A stretch of 63,320 nt of DNA, counting the filler, from Octopus bimaculoides (lineage: Eukaryota): assembly GCF_001194135.2 (NCBI RefSeq). It is 4 parts of 4 records of this genome, joined end to end, with 100 filler letters (N's around TTAATTAATTAA, not from the genome) between each part and the next. Parts side by side here need not be neighbours in the genome. Positions count along the whole stretch, not along the records: positions 56,103 to 63,320 come from NC_069004.1; 3 more parts are not named here. One strand, 5' to 3'. The notes beneath the pieces are model-generated. The model saw only the letters and a list, made by a program, of their open reading frames with translations, did no database searches and was not told the origin of the DNA. A program made the translations under genes and the position numbers. This document shows positions 63,153 to 63,320 of this stretch, piece after piece; the stretch's first letter is position 1; each line of letters begins with the position of its first letter.

Positions 63153-63275
63153 TCATTACGTGTAGATATATAAATGCATATATGCACGTGTTGTGCTTCT
63201 GCACGTGCGTGTGTGCATTTGTACAATATATATGCCTTATCATGAACACTTCGACATACACGGATAAATATATAC

Positions 63276-63320
<45 letters not shown>

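Overview
Repeat-dominated eukaryotic genomic DNA with many N gaps and very dense (CA/TA/CATA/AAG/GATA)n microsatellites. The microsatellite load and SINE families suggest an octopus draft scaffold (inference). I find no confident host protein-coding gene, rRNA, intact tRNA or CRISPR array, and most ORFs in the supplied track are microsatellite or gap artefacts. Recognisable content: three tRNA-derived SINE families in many copies, Tc1/mariner remnants, a Penelope-like element (RT + GIY-YIG) in partial tandem, several R4/Dong-like RLE-type LINE copies, an RTE LINE with an inverted 5' half and a 10-bp TSD, a gag-like ORF1 remnant, and a GG-ended MITE with 28-bp TIRs and an 8-bp TSD. The most notable signal is a set of minimal type I hammerhead ribozyme motifs of the kind known from Penelope-like elements. 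One has an intact core (41431-41481, minus strand). One sits in a tRNA-headed 312-bp insertion with an inverted tail and a 13-bp TSD (54379-54690). One is a degenerate variant next to a 60-bp foldback (about 29.1-29.3 kb). Also notable: the R4/Dong-like LINEs appear tied to (CATA)n repeats, and the ORF1 remnant at 30.85-31.69 kb is unusually rich in hairpins. All alignments and folds were done by eye; boundaries of degenerate repeats are approximate.
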